32,000 bases of DNA from Gemmata obscuriglobus (GTDB lineage: Bacteria > Planctomycetota > Planctomycetia > Gemmatales > Gemmataceae), in assembly GCF_008065095.1 (NCBI RefSeq), contig NZ_CP042911.1, positions 4,260,001 to 4,292,000 of the forward strand, written 5' to 3'. The translations under genes were made by a program, and so were the position numbers. The notes beneath the pieces were generated by a model, which was given only the letters and a program-made list of their open reading frames with translations, searched no databases and was not told the origin of the DNA. Shown piece by piece: positions 1 to 8,746 of the stretch. Each line of letters opens with the position of its first letter. Position 1 is the first letter of the stretch.

Positions 1-368
1 CGACCTTCTACTTCATGCTGACGGGCGAGGTCCCGTTCCCGGGGCTGGCGCCCGAGATGATGTCCGAGCGGCAGATCCGCGGGATCCCATCGCCGGCGAA
101 ATTGCGCCACGGGATCGCCCCCGAGATCGACCTCATCGTGAGGCGGATGGGCGCCAAAGACCCGCACCAGCGGTACTCGTCGGCCCGCGAGGTGGTGAAG
201 GCGCTGCAAGCGTGGCTGCCGGTGAGTCAGCTCCAGCAACTGGGGCTGTCGCAGGAGCACGCGACCCTGGACGCCATGACCGCGACGGCCGCGCCCGTTT
301 CTCAGCCGGCCGCTCCGGCCAAGGCCGGCGGCTTGCGCGGCCTGCTCCGCCGGCTGATCGGCAGTTAG
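1..368 (+). CDS. Ser/Thr protein kinase, C-terminal fragment (5' end lies outside the window)
   Basis: The frame is open from the window edge to TAG at 366-368. The tail TFYFMLTGEVPFPG...GAKDPHQRYSSAREVVKALQAWL resembles the Hanks-kinase C-lobe (subdomains IX-XI). Third codon positions are G/C-rich. Confidence 0.7.
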   Translation, partial: TFYFMLTGEVPFPGLAPEMMSERQIRGIPSPAKLRHGIAPEIDLIVRRMGAKDPHQRYSSAREVVKALQAWLPVSQLQQLGLSQEHATLDAMTATAAPVSQPAAPAKAGGLRGLLRRLIGS

Positions 369-612
369 TGGGGGCGGAGGCGCCCTTTCCCGTTCGCCCG
401 GTGCCCCGGCGTCCTGGTCCGCGCACCGTAAATTGCCTTAACGAACTTATAGGCGATCCACATATGTGTAGTGTGGGGCAATAGTCCATAAGGTCAGATG
501 TTTTACCTTCGGTATCGCTTCGTTCTTGCGTGACAACCGCTCCGGGATCGGGTCTAATGGGACCGGCGTCGTACCCCCACCGCCCACCTTTCCCTTTGCC
601 GGAGCGTGTCTC

Positions 613-1659
613 ATGTTGCCCGCCGACAAGAACCCGTCCTGCCCGGATTGCACGTCCGCTCCCGCCGCTGCGACCCCGGCCATCGCACGCCGTGACTTCA
701 TCCGCATCCTGGGCACGGCCGCCGTCGCCGTCACCGGGCTGACCCCGTTTCAAAAGGCCCGCGCGGCCCGCGCCGAAAAGCAGTCGCAGGCTGAGGGGCT
801 CGTGTTCGAGCTGTACAAGAGCCTCAACTCGGAGCAGCGGAAGAAGCTGGTGCGCCCCTGGGATCACGGCGTGAGCAACGGCAAAGGCACCCCGGCGCGG
901 CTGCTGACCCACAACGCGGCCGACGGCAAGTCGAAGATCGGTGAGGAGTACAACAAGAAGCAAATCGAGCTGCTGGACCGGATCTTCCGCGCGATCGCAA
1001 ACGGCGACGAGGGGTACAGGCAGTTGAGCCGTGACGGGCGGTTCGACGCCAGCAACGACTTCGAGAACATCGGCGCTCTGATTTACGGCGAGGCGGTCGA
1101 GGGGCAGAAGTTCTCGTTGGTGTTCTGCGGGCACCACCTCACCGTGCGGTGCGACGGGAACTCGGAGCAGTCGGTGGCGTTCGGCGGCCCGCTGTATTAC
1201 GGCCACACCCCAAACGGGTACGCGAAGACCAACGTGTTCAGCAAGCAGACGAAGGCCGCAACCGACCTGTTCGGGGCGCTCGACGCCGACCAGAAGAAGA
1301 CCGCCGTGCTGCCCGGCCGTTGGGTGGACGAGCACACCGGGGTGAAGGTGCCGAAGAAGGGCGCGAAGGTGCCCGGGCTGGGCTACTCGGACATGACGAA
1401 GGAGCAGAAGGAGCTGACCCAGAAGGTGATGGCCGAGGTAGTTTCCCCATACCGTCAAGAGGATGGGGCGGAGGTGATGGAGATCATCAAGGCGAACGGA
1501 GGCATGGAGAAGCTGTCGATGGCGTTCTACGAGGAAGACAAGCGGAACGAGAAGGAACCGTGGAGCTACTGGCGGCTAGAAGGGCCGGGGTTCGTGTGGA
1601 GCTTCCGCTCGCTCCCGCACGTTCACACGTTTGTAAACGTTACTAGCCTAATTAGCTGA
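613..1659 (+). CDS. Tat-signal secreted protein, DUF3500-like
   Basis: ATG at 613 is preceded by GGAG at 601-604. A twin-arginine motif AIARRDFIRILGTAAVAVTG (RR codons 688-693) is followed by a hydrophobic stretch. FSLVFCGHHLTVRC, AFGGPLYYGHTP and WRLEGPGFVWSFRSLPHVHTFVNV recall the DUF3500 pattern from memory. The track ORF starts earlier, at 526. Confidence 0.55.
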   Translation: MLPADKNPSCPDCTSAPAAATPAIARRDFIRILGTAAVAVTGLTPFQKARAARAEKQSQAEGLVFELYKSLNSEQRKKLVRPWDHGVSNGKGTPARLLTHNAADGKSKIGEEYNKKQIELLDRIFRAIANGDEGYRQLSRDGRFDASNDFENIGALIYGEAVEGQKFSLVFCGHHLTVRCDGNSEQSVAFGGPLYYGHTPNGYAKTNVFSKQTKAATDLFGALDADQKKTAVLPGRWVDEHTGVKVPKKGAKVPGLGYSDMTKEQKELTQKVMAEVVSPYRQEDGAEVMEIIKANGGMEKLSMAFYEEDKRNEKEPWSYWRLEGPGFVWSFRSLPHVHTFVNVTSLIS

Positions 1660-1800
1660 TCGATGCGGGCGCGGTGATCGAACACGAATCACCGGCTCCG
1701 CCCGACTACTTCCCGATTACACCGGCATCACCGGCGAGCCACCGTGGGTGCGCCCGTGATGCCTCGTCGATCACGTTCGTGACTTACCCGGTGTGCGAGG

Positions 1801-2358
1801 TCAATCTCCCACGCGCACGCTGCGCCCGGCTTGTACCCGGACGTTGTCTTCCACCCGTTGAGCCCGGCCCCCGTTCGCCGGAACCACCCACACCGCGTAG
1901 ACCCCGGGCGGAACACACAGCTCCACCCGGTAAGCGGTCGCTACTTGGACCGCGACGTGATTCTTCTCGCCCGGACCGGGGTCGCGCGGGTCCGTCAGAA
2001 CAATTTTCTCTGCCCGCGGGAGGTTGTCTCCGAACACTTCAACCGTTCCGAACAACTCTCCCAATTTGAGTTCGTGTGTGGCGCCCTCTTTTACCGACAG
2101 AGCGTCGAGCGCTTTTACCGCGGTGCCGCCCTTGCACCGAACCCACACCTCGAACGGCCCGGCGGACGGCAGTTGCGTGGGCTTCTCGAACGCCGTCACA
2201 TCTGCGACTTTCTCGCGCTTGCTGTTCCTGGTTTGATAGAGCGTCACCGACTCCACCGCCGGGAATCCCCGCTGCGGAACCACCTTGAACAGCCGTTCGG
2301 GTTCCGATCCGAGCGCGCCGCACGTCTGAACCAGCACCAGCAACAATGCCCCACGCAT
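1801..2358 (-). CDS. Secreted hypothetical protein
   Basis: The internal ATG at 2358 yields MRGALLLVLVQTCGALG, a signal-peptide-like N-terminus. Amino-acid composition looks natural and GC3 is high. I recognise no family. Confidence 0.5.
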   Translation of the reverse strand: MRGALLLVLVQTCGALGSEPERLFKVVPQRGFPAVESVTLYQTRNSKREKVADVTAFEKPTQLPSAGPFEVWVRCKGGTAVKALDALSVKEGATHELKLGELFGTVEVFGDNLPRAEKIVLTDPRDPGPGEKNHVAVQVATAYRVELCVPPGVYAVWVVPANGGRAQRVEDNVRVQAGRSVRVGD

Positions 2359-2563
2359 GATCCGGGCCTCGTTAGAGAGTAGGCTTCTCTCAGTAACGAC
2401 GAGAGCGGGTGCAAAAAAGACGTGCCGGTGTGCCCGCGGCATCATCTTCTTCATTTCGGGGTTGTGGTGTCGAATGCGGCTACCACAAAGCCGATCCGGC
2501 GGCGGCCGCGCCGCTTCGACGCCGACGAGTGATCCGAACCGGGTTCCTCGTGGCGCTGTTCCG

Positions 2564-3379
2564 TCAGCGTGCCGCCGCCGCGAGGAGCGTGTACTCGATG
2601 AGCCAGCCGAGCAGGTTTAACCCGGTGTCGCGCACGTCGCGCCCGGGATCGAACTCGGACACCGACATCCCGACGACATTTCCAGACCACACGGCTGTGA
2701 ACAGCGCCAGGAACGCGGGCGGAGATAAGCCGAACGGGAGCGGCTCGGCCACCGCCGGCAGCACCGACGGGTCGAACACGTCGCAGTCGAGGTCGATCCA
2801 CACCCGTTTCGCTCCCGTAACCTTTTCACGCAAGGCCGAAGCCACTCGCGCCACGTCCGCAGCCACGTCCCAGGCCGGATAAACCGCCTCAAACGTTGCG
2901 CTGATTTCGTCGGCCGTCAGGAACAGGTCGCGGTGCCCGACGTTCACCAGCCGCGGCCGCGGCGCCTCGAAGTGCGTGAGGAAGTTACCGTGCGACAGCT
3001 CGCTCGTGGTGTCGTGAAACGCGTAGACGTCCAGGTGCGCGTCGAACTGCACGACGAGCGTGTCCGGGCCGAGTTCTTCGAGCGCCGGTAGCGCCGAGAG
3101 GTGGTTCCCGCCGAGCCAGAGCGAAAATTCCTTGGCTCGCAGTGCTTGTTTCGCGGCCCGCCGGCCCGTCTTGCGCCACCCCGCGACTGCGTCCAGTGTG
3201 TCGAAGGCGAACTCCTGGACCCGCACGTTGCCGCGGAGCACATCGGCGCGGCACGGGCGCGTTTCGGCCTCCGTGTCGTCCAGAATCTCGTTCACCGCGT
3301 CTCCCAGCAGTTTGGCCCCTGCGCCGGCGCCGGCGCTGCCGAACAGGTCGAACGGAAACACGGTCACCGCGCTGCGCAT
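2564..3379 (-). CDS. Arginase / agmatinase / formiminoglutamase-family ureohydrolase
   Basis: Three collinear arginase-fold metal motifs are present: LGGNHLSA, QFDAHLDVY (DAHxD) and IDLDCDVFDPSVLPAV (DxDxxDP). ATG start at 3379. Confidence 0.75.
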   Translation of the reverse strand: MRSAVTVFPFDLFGSAGAGAGAKLLGDAVNEILDDTEAETRPCRADVLRGNVRVQEFAFDTLDAVAGWRKTGRRAAKQALRAKEFSLWLGGNHLSALPALEELGPDTLVVQFDAHLDVYAFHDTTSELSHGNFLTHFEAPRPRLVNVGHRDLFLTADEISATFEAVYPAWDVAADVARVASALREKVTGAKRVWIDLDCDVFDPSVLPAVAEPLPFGLSPPAFLALFTAVWSGNVVGMSVSEFDPGRDVRDTGLNLLGWLIEYTLLAAAAR

Positions 3380-3450
3380 CGTGTCACGCGAGAGGAAGTT
3401 GCGTTAGAATTAAGGTGTTCGTGCCCAGTCACGCACCCGATGGCTAGCCT

Positions 3451-4992
3451 ATGTCCCTGATCGGCATCGACCTCGGAACTACCTTTTGCGCCGTCGCGTC
3501 CCTGGACGAACGCGGCCGCCCGTTCACCGTACCCAACAGCGACGGCGAGGTGCTCACCCCGTCGGCCATTTACCTCGCGCCGGACGGCTCGGCAGTGGTC
3601 GGCGCCGCCGCGCTCGACATGGCCTTGGAGCAGCCCGGCCGCGTGGCCACTCTGGTGAAGCGGCGGATGGGGCGCCCGGACTTCGGTGTGCCGGTGGCGG
3701 GGCGCGAGTTCCGGCCCGAAACGCTGTCCGCGGTGATTCTGAAGAAGCTGGCCCAGGACGCGGCGGCACAACTGGGGCCGATTAGCGGCTGCGTCATCAC
3801 GGTGCCGGCGTACTTCGACGACACCCGGCGCAAGGCGACAATGGACGCCGGGCGCGTCGCCGGGCTCAACGTGATCGACATCATCGATGAGCCGTCGGCC
3901 GCGGCCCTCGCGTACTCGGCGGAGGGCGGGGGGCGCAACGTTCCCGAGTTCCCGGCCGAGTCGGAAACGGTGCTGGTGTACGACCTCGGCGGCGGCACGT
4001 TCGACGTGACGCTGGTGAAGCTCGCGAAGAAGCGGTTCCAAGTGCTGGCGATCGAGGGTGACGTGCGGCTCGGCGGGCGCGACTGGGACGAGCGGCTGGT
4101 GAACTGGGCGGCCGACAAGTTCGTGCAGCAGTGCCACGAGGACCCGCGGAGCGACCCGCAGACGGTGGCCCACCTGTACGCGACCGCCGAGCGGGCGAAG
4201 CGCACGCTGAGCAAGGTCGAGCAGACCAGCTTTACCGTTTCTCACGGCGGCTACAAGTTTACGTTTCCGCTGTCGCGGACAGAGTTCGAGGCTGCGACCC
4301 GTGACCTTCTCCTGCGGACCCGACTCACAACGCAGGCGGTTCTGAAACAAGCGAACCTGACCTGGGGCGACGTGAGCAAGGCCCTGCTGGTGGGCGGAAG
4401 CACTCACATGCCGGCGTGCGGCCGGATGCTGGCGGAACTGACAGGTATCGAGCCCGATCGGGGGCTCGCGGTGAGCGAGGTCGTCGCCCGCGGCGCCGCG
4501 GTTCACGCCGGCATCGCGGCCTCGAAGTCCGGGGCCGGTCCCGCGTCCGAATACCGCGAGCTGGCGGACGTGATGGAGGTCAGCGTGAACGCGCACAGCC
4601 TCGGGGTGGAGGCCCGGGCCGGCGCGGAGCGGGTGAGCGACAAGCTGATCCCGAAGAACACGCAACTCCCGGCGTCGGTGAGTCGGGTCTACTTCACCGT
4701 GGCGCACAACCAGACGCGGGTCCGGGTGCGAGTCCTGCAAGGTGAGGCCCAGCAGGCGGAAGCGTGCATCCCGGTGGGCGAGTGCTGGATCGACGGCCTC
4801 CCGCCCGACCTTCCGAAAGGCTCTCCGGTGCGGGTCACCTGCGGCGTGGCCGCGAACGGGCGGATCGAGGTGACCGCAACCGACGAAACCAGCGGGCGCG
4901 CGGTCACGGCGGCGATCCACCGGCCCGGCGGGCTGTCGGACGACGACCTGGCCCGCGCGCGGGAGTGGGTCGGCGCGCTCAGAGTTCAGTGA
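3451..4992 (+). CDS. Hsp70-family ATPase lacking the C-terminal helical lid (HscC-like length)
   Basis: IGIDLGTTFCAVA, DLGGGTFDVT and LLVGGSTHMP are actin-fold/Hsp70 NBD motifs. A beta-sandwich SBD-like segment (SLGVE...IPKNTQLP...VRVLQGE...NGRIEVTATD) follows. The protein stops at 513 aa, with no lid or EEVD tail. Confidence 0.85.
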   Translation: MSLIGIDLGTTFCAVASLDERGRPFTVPNSDGEVLTPSAIYLAPDGSAVVGAAALDMALEQPGRVATLVKRRMGRPDFGVPVAGREFRPETLSAVILKKLAQDAAAQLGPISGCVITVPAYFDDTRRKATMDAGRVAGLNVIDIIDEPSAAALAYSAEGGGRNVPEFPAESETVLVYDLGGGTFDVTLVKLAKKRFQVLAIEGDVRLGGRDWDERLVNWAADKFVQQCHEDPRSDPQTVAHLYATAERAKRTLSKVEQTSFTVSHGGYKFTFPLSRTEFEAATRDLLLRTRLTTQAVLKQANLTWGDVSKALLVGGSTHMPACGRMLAELTGIEPDRGLAVSEVVARGAAVHAGIAASKSGAGPASEYRELADVMEVSVNAHSLGVEARAGAERVSDKLIPKNTQLPASVSRVYFTVAHNQTRVRVRVLQGEAQQAEACIPVGECWIDGLPPDLPKGSPVRVTCGVAANGRIEVTATDETSGRAVTAAIHRPGGLSDDDLARAREWVGALRVQ

Positions 4993-5059
4993 GCCTTGAG
5001 GCTCCCAAACAAGAAACCCCGGTAACCGTCCTCCGCTTTAGCAAAGGTAGCCCCGCCCA

Positions 5060-5905
5060 ATGCCCCCTCTCACGGAACTCGGCCGTAAGCCGGCGCACGT
5101 CGTTTCCGACGAGCACCACGCCGCGTGGTTCGCGGAACTCACCTCGCGTCTGATGAACCAGTGCGACTTTGTGGTCGCGGGCGAGCGGTACCGGTTCGCG
5201 GAACTTGAGGTGTACTACTCTGGCGGCGCGCACCCCGACCTGTTCGCGCATCGCGACCCGGTTCAGCTCGAAGACGGGCGGTGGTACTTCCACCGGACCC
5301 GGGGCGAGTACCGCGGCGGGTCGTTCAAGGGTCTGGACATCGCGCTCGGCGACGGGATTTCGTACTTCGGAATCCTCATTCGCACCGTCGTCAAGCCGGA
5401 CGGCACCCTCCTCGACGGCCCGTGTGTGATGGTCGATCACCTGCTCGCGCAAACAAAAGCTGCAACCGTCGCCGCACTCGACGGGCTCATCAGCGCGCGC
5501 ACGATCTGGGACACGACTTCGCCGATTCACATCGCCGAAGCGGCTACGCCCCGGGCCGCCGCGGTGCTCGCCTGTTCGCGCGTCGGGCTGTCGTTGAAGA
5601 AGGCGAAGGGAAAGCCCGATGCGCCGCGGTTCGTCGGGCGCGCGTACCGGTTCCTGACGGAACCGCAGGCGATCTCGAAGGGCCGCCCGCACCTGATTCT
5701 CGCACTGCACCGCGCCGGACACGGCACCGACTCGATCCACGCGATCACCGGTGTGGCGAAGAAGACCATCGACCGCTACGTCGCAGATTTCACGTCGGGT
5801 ACGCAAGTGGAGGGTTTTGAGGACTACATTGGCAAAGACCTCGGCACGGCCGACCTGTGCAAGCTCCTCGGGACGTGGCACGCGAAATATGGGTCAGGGC
5901 GATAA
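5060..5905 (+). CDS. Hypothetical protein with a possible AAG/Mpg-like (Pur_DNA_glyco) N-domain and a C-terminal helix-turn-helix
   Basis: Several matches to the 3-methyladenine glycosylase pattern appear in the expected order: AELEVYY (cf. ETEAY), DLFAH, GILIRTV, GPCVMVDHLL, SRVGLS and AYRF. The C-terminal SIHAITGVAKKTIDRYV looks like an HTH. The coding call is firm (high GC3, natural composition). The family call is from memory only. Confidence 0.45.
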   Translation: MPPLTELGRKPAHVVSDEHHAAWFAELTSRLMNQCDFVVAGERYRFAELEVYYSGGAHPDLFAHRDPVQLEDGRWYFHRTRGEYRGGSFKGLDIALGDGISYFGILIRTVVKPDGTLLDGPCVMVDHLLAQTKAATVAALDGLISARTIWDTTSPIHIAEAATPRAAAVLACSRVGLSLKKAKGKPDAPRFVGRAYRFLTEPQAISKGRPHLILALHRAGHGTDSIHAITGVAKKTIDRYVADFTSGTQVEGFEDYIGKDLGTADLCKLLGTWHAKYGSGR

Positions 5906-5943
5906 TCGACCGTGGTTTACCGCATGTCCTGAAACTCGACATA

Positions 5944-6084
5944 TTCCACTTCTGGCCGCCGCACCCGGGCGAGGTGAACATCGTGTTCGCCGACGGGAGC
6001 GTGCGGTTCTTGCAATCTTCCGCAGACGCCTTCCGGCCGGGGCTGGCGTCGCTTAGCGGAGGAGAGGCCGTGGCGCCGGAGTAG
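5944..6084 (+). pseudogene. Orphan C-terminal relic of a DUF1559 (prepilin-type, planctomycete) gene
   Basis: It translates to HFWPPHPGEVNIVFADGSVRFLQSS...SGGEAV followed by a stop. This is the characteristic DUF1559 tail (HPGG.N..FADGSVRFL...GGEV). No N-terminal pilin-like part lies upstream. Confidence 0.6.
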
Positions 6085-6220
6085 TGGGGCCGGGTCAAGA
6101 AGCCGCTTCGCGACCGCCAAGTTGCGTGAGCCGGCAAGCGGCACGGGCTGAAAAAGCCCGACGTGTGTCTCAACGTTCCGAATCGGATGCCAGTAAACCA
6201 GCGTTTGTGAAATGGTGGTA

Positions 6221-6362
6221 TTAACACCCTTGACGGTGTCGCGGAATTTTCCCTTCGGTAGGTTCGGTGTGCTTTTCGGTGGTGTAGCAAGAGCGACTTG
6301 TAGGCGTAGGAGGTGATATCGGCGCCGGGGCGTGCGGTATCGAGTTACAAGCCGGCATGCCC
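6221..6362 (-). pseudogene. Decayed partial copy of the 3' end of the adjacent glucose-6-phosphate isomerase gene
   Basis: 6251-6277 matches 7143-7169 at 25/27 nt. 6319-6337 matches 7320-7338 at 18/19 nt. 6354-6362 is identical to 7389-7397. Order and orientation are the same, but about 110 nt are missing between the first two blocks. The relic translates to PKSTPNLPKGKFRDTVKG, against LKSTPNLPKGEVRDATKGA in pgi. Confidence 0.7.
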
Positions 6363-6999
6363 CTCTACGGTAAATCCGCCACTCGATTGGACGGGCGTAG
6401 CGGGTTGGTGTCAAACCACGTCACTCATCACGACGGCGAAGGTCGTGCCATCAGTAAGTAATACGGGGGCCAAAGCGGAATCACGTACCGATCGATAATT
6501 GATCCCGGGTATCGGTGCGCACGTGAATAGCTGTTCCTCTGCCGCACGTTATCGCCCCGAGCGGTTGCCGCCGACGGGACCGAAACTGGACGATCGCTGG
6601 TATCCGAGCGGTTCACGGACTGGCTGTTCGCTGGGTGGATGCTACCCGCGAATCGCACGCTTCAATCCCTTAGGAGGCTGACATGACCATCAGAGGGCGG
6701 CAGCCGTGCGACGCTCTACAACCTGTTACGGTTAAGCCACTTACAAAGCGAAATGGCTCGCCTGAGTGGGTTCGCATCTCGGGCTGGACAAGAGGACCGG
6801 CCCGGAAACTTGACGTTGGGGCGGCTCGCAGCGGACTTCCGGAACTACCACACCGGAGAAAAATGCTTGGGGAAACACTTGATGTGTCGCCGACTCAACC
6901 CCGGGGCGAAGTCGTGACGGTCGAGAGGGCGGGGAGAAGCGGGACCACTTTGCCGGTTTTCCCGATTCGTGGACGCGTGCGTACCACCGGCAGTGTCTC

Positions 7000-7020
7000 G
7001 TGAATGCCGAGGGCATTCAC
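7000..7020 (-). terminator. Perfect 9-bp stem / 3-nt loop hairpin downstream of pgi (possible terminator)
   Basis: GTGAATGCC-GAG-GGCATTCAC lies 92-112 nt beyond the pgi stop codon. No U-tract follows on the minus strand, so its function is uncertain. Confidence 0.25.
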
Positions 7021-7111
7021 GCCCGTGTCAACAAGCGACCGGCACGCTGGGGCGAGGGCGGGCGACTTCACCCTTGGCCCCGACTTCGCGGGGCCCGACG
7101 ACCGCGGGGCG

Positions 7112-8617
7112 TCAAGCCCCCTTCGTGGCGTCGCGGACCTCGCCCTTCGGGAGGTTCGGCGTGCTTTTCAGGTGACGCATCAGGTGCGACTTGTACGCTT
7201 CCACGCCGGGTTGGCCGTAGGGGTTGGTGCCGGCGAGCCGCCCCTCGACCACGGTGGCGAGCATCATCATCTGGAGCAACTGGCCGATGGTGTGTTCCGA
7301 AATCATCGGCAGGATAATGTCGGCCCCGGGGCGTGCGGCCTCATGGTACGCGTCGGCGGCGCCCTTTACGGCCGAGTCCAAAATGTCGGGCATGCCCTTA
7401 CGGCTGAACTGGTTCAGGTCGTCCTCGTTGCGGTCCGACATGCCGACCATTACCGCCGGGTGCTTCACCTGCCGCACCACGAGGTTGTTGATCAGTTTGT
7501 CCCGAGTGCCGTCCTGGAGCTGCTGGCCACGGGTGTGCAGGTCGCGCGGGCCGACCACCGTCAGCGGGGTGGGCCCGCGGCTGTTCTTGCCCAGAGATTC
7601 GCTCAACAGGGCGTCGTACCACCAGCCGACGGCCTCCAGCTTACGAGACCAGGTGGCGGTCACCCGGGTCGGCTTCCCGCGCTCGGCCATCAGGTGGTTC
7701 ACGGTGGCGAACTGGAGGACGGGGTTGCGGTCGAACGGCTCCTCGATGAACCGCCGCGTTATCGTGGCGGCGCCGAGCAGCATCGCCCGCACGTCGAGCC
7801 CCATCACCGCCGCCGGCAGCAGCCCCGCCGGGCCGAACACCCCGAAGCGCGGGTTCACTTCGTCCGGGGCGGTGAGGATGTCGTCGTCGGCGAAACCGTC
7901 CGCCCGGCACAGGTCGCGGAGCCGGCTCTTGGGGCTCGCGATTGGAACAATGGCCCGCCGGAGGGCGTCCGACTTCGGTCCGTAGAACTTCGCCGCCTCG
8001 CCCCGCACCGCGCGGTACGTCGCCGCCGTTTCCAGCACGCCCCCGGAGTCGGAAACGATGACGCCCCACCGCTCCTCGATCAGCTCGGGATCGACGCAGG
8101 TGTTTTCCAGTAGCTCGAACAGCTCTTGAAGCGAGTCGTTGTCGAGGTCGTGGCCTTCGAAGTAGATCCGCGGCTTGCCCATCCGCAACTTGGCCGGCAG
8201 CTCGTTGTGGTGGGCGTGGACCAGCGCCTGGAAAATGGCTCTCGGCGCCGAGTGGCTGCCGCCCGCGCCCACCACCACCACACGGTCCACGGTGTCGCGG
8301 AGCCGCTGGGCGTGGCGCAGCACCTTGCCGAGGTCGCTGAGGTCTTGCCTGCGGTTGTAGCCGTCGAGCATCTTCTGCGGGAGGTCGATGAACCCGGGCT
8401 GGAGCGGGCGCATCTTGGGCGGCGGGTTCTGTAACTCCCGCTCGGCAACGACCTGGCCCCGAACGGACGTGGCCCACTGTTTCACCTCGTCCACCTTTTC
8501 GGGCGGGAGGAGGTGCTGCTGTTGCAGTTCGGCGAGCGGGGTCCAGGTCTCGTGCAGCGTGGCGAGGAGCCGGGAGAACTGGTACTCGATGTTCTCGTCG
8601 GGCAGTTTCAGGGGCAT
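7112..8617 (-). CDS. pgi: Glucose-6-phosphate isomerase
   Basis: 501-aa ORF with an ATG start and the layout of a PGI-family sugar isomerase. I recognise VVVVGAGGSHSAPRAIFQAL and SESLGKNSRGPTPL. Confidence 0.8.
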   Translation of the reverse strand: MPLKLPDENIEYQFSRLLATLHETWTPLAELQQQHLLPPEKVDEVKQWATSVRGQVVAERELQNPPPKMRPLQPGFIDLPQKMLDGYNRRQDLSDLGKVLRHAQRLRDTVDRVVVVGAGGSHSAPRAIFQALVHAHHNELPAKLRMGKPRIYFEGHDLDNDSLQELFELLENTCVDPELIEERWGVIVSDSGGVLETAATYRAVRGEAAKFYGPKSDALRRAIVPIASPKSRLRDLCRADGFADDDILTAPDEVNPRFGVFGPAGLLPAAVMGLDVRAMLLGAATITRRFIEEPFDRNPVLQFATVNHLMAERGKPTRVTATWSRKLEAVGWWYDALLSESLGKNSRGPTPLTVVGPRDLHTRGQQLQDGTRDKLINNLVVRQVKHPAVMVGMSDRNEDDLNQFSRKGMPDILDSAVKGAADAYHEAARPGADIILPMISEHTIGQLLQMMMLATVVEGRLAGTNPYGQPGVEAYKSHLMRHLKSTPNLPKGEVRDATKGA

Positions 8618-8746
8618 CGGATGGTCCTGGGTCGTTCGCCGGCTGTGCCCACCGCGAACCCACGACGGGCAAACGGCGCGAGAGCAACGACTAGCGGCCT
8701 TCGCCCCTACTGTACTTCATTAATCGCGGGCCGTAAACTCTTCGGC

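Noticed and set aside
133-1458. 441-aa ORF on the minus strand
   Set aside because: It lies antisense to the kinase tail and the DUF3500-like gene. Its Arg/Pro/Gly/Leu-rich product has no motifs. This is the typical shadow ORF of a high-G+C genome.
2564-3379. GGNH instead of GGDH in the first arginase-fold motif, considered as a sign of an inactive enzyme
   Set aside because: That position varies within the family (for example GGGHE in formiminoglutamases). The His and Asp ligand motifs DAHLD and DLDCDVFDP are intact.
3364-4920. 518-aa ORF antisense to the Hsp70 gene
   Set aside because: The plus-strand frame carries unmistakable Hsp70 motifs. The antisense product is an Arg/His/Pro-rich shadow.
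6640-6670. TTCAATCC, a T-loop-like motif suggesting a tRNA
   Set aside because: The flanking bases do not form a T-stem, and no acceptor or anticodon arms can be drawn.
6826-6850. Minus-strand GGAAGUCCG resembling the RNase P P4 core GGAAAGUCCGG
   Set aside because: It lacks the invariant AAAGUCC context. No matching ACAGAACCCGGCUUA-type 3' partner occurs anywhere nearby.
7004-8113. 369-aa plus-strand ORF (and 7224..7985) over pgi
   Set aside because: It is antisense to the recognisable pgi frame and has shadow-ORF composition.
8618-8746. The divergent pgi / apgM intergenic region, considered as a shared glycolytic regulatory site
   Set aside because: I could not find a palindrome or repeated motif in these 129 nt. 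The pairing of two glycolytic genes is unremarkable.
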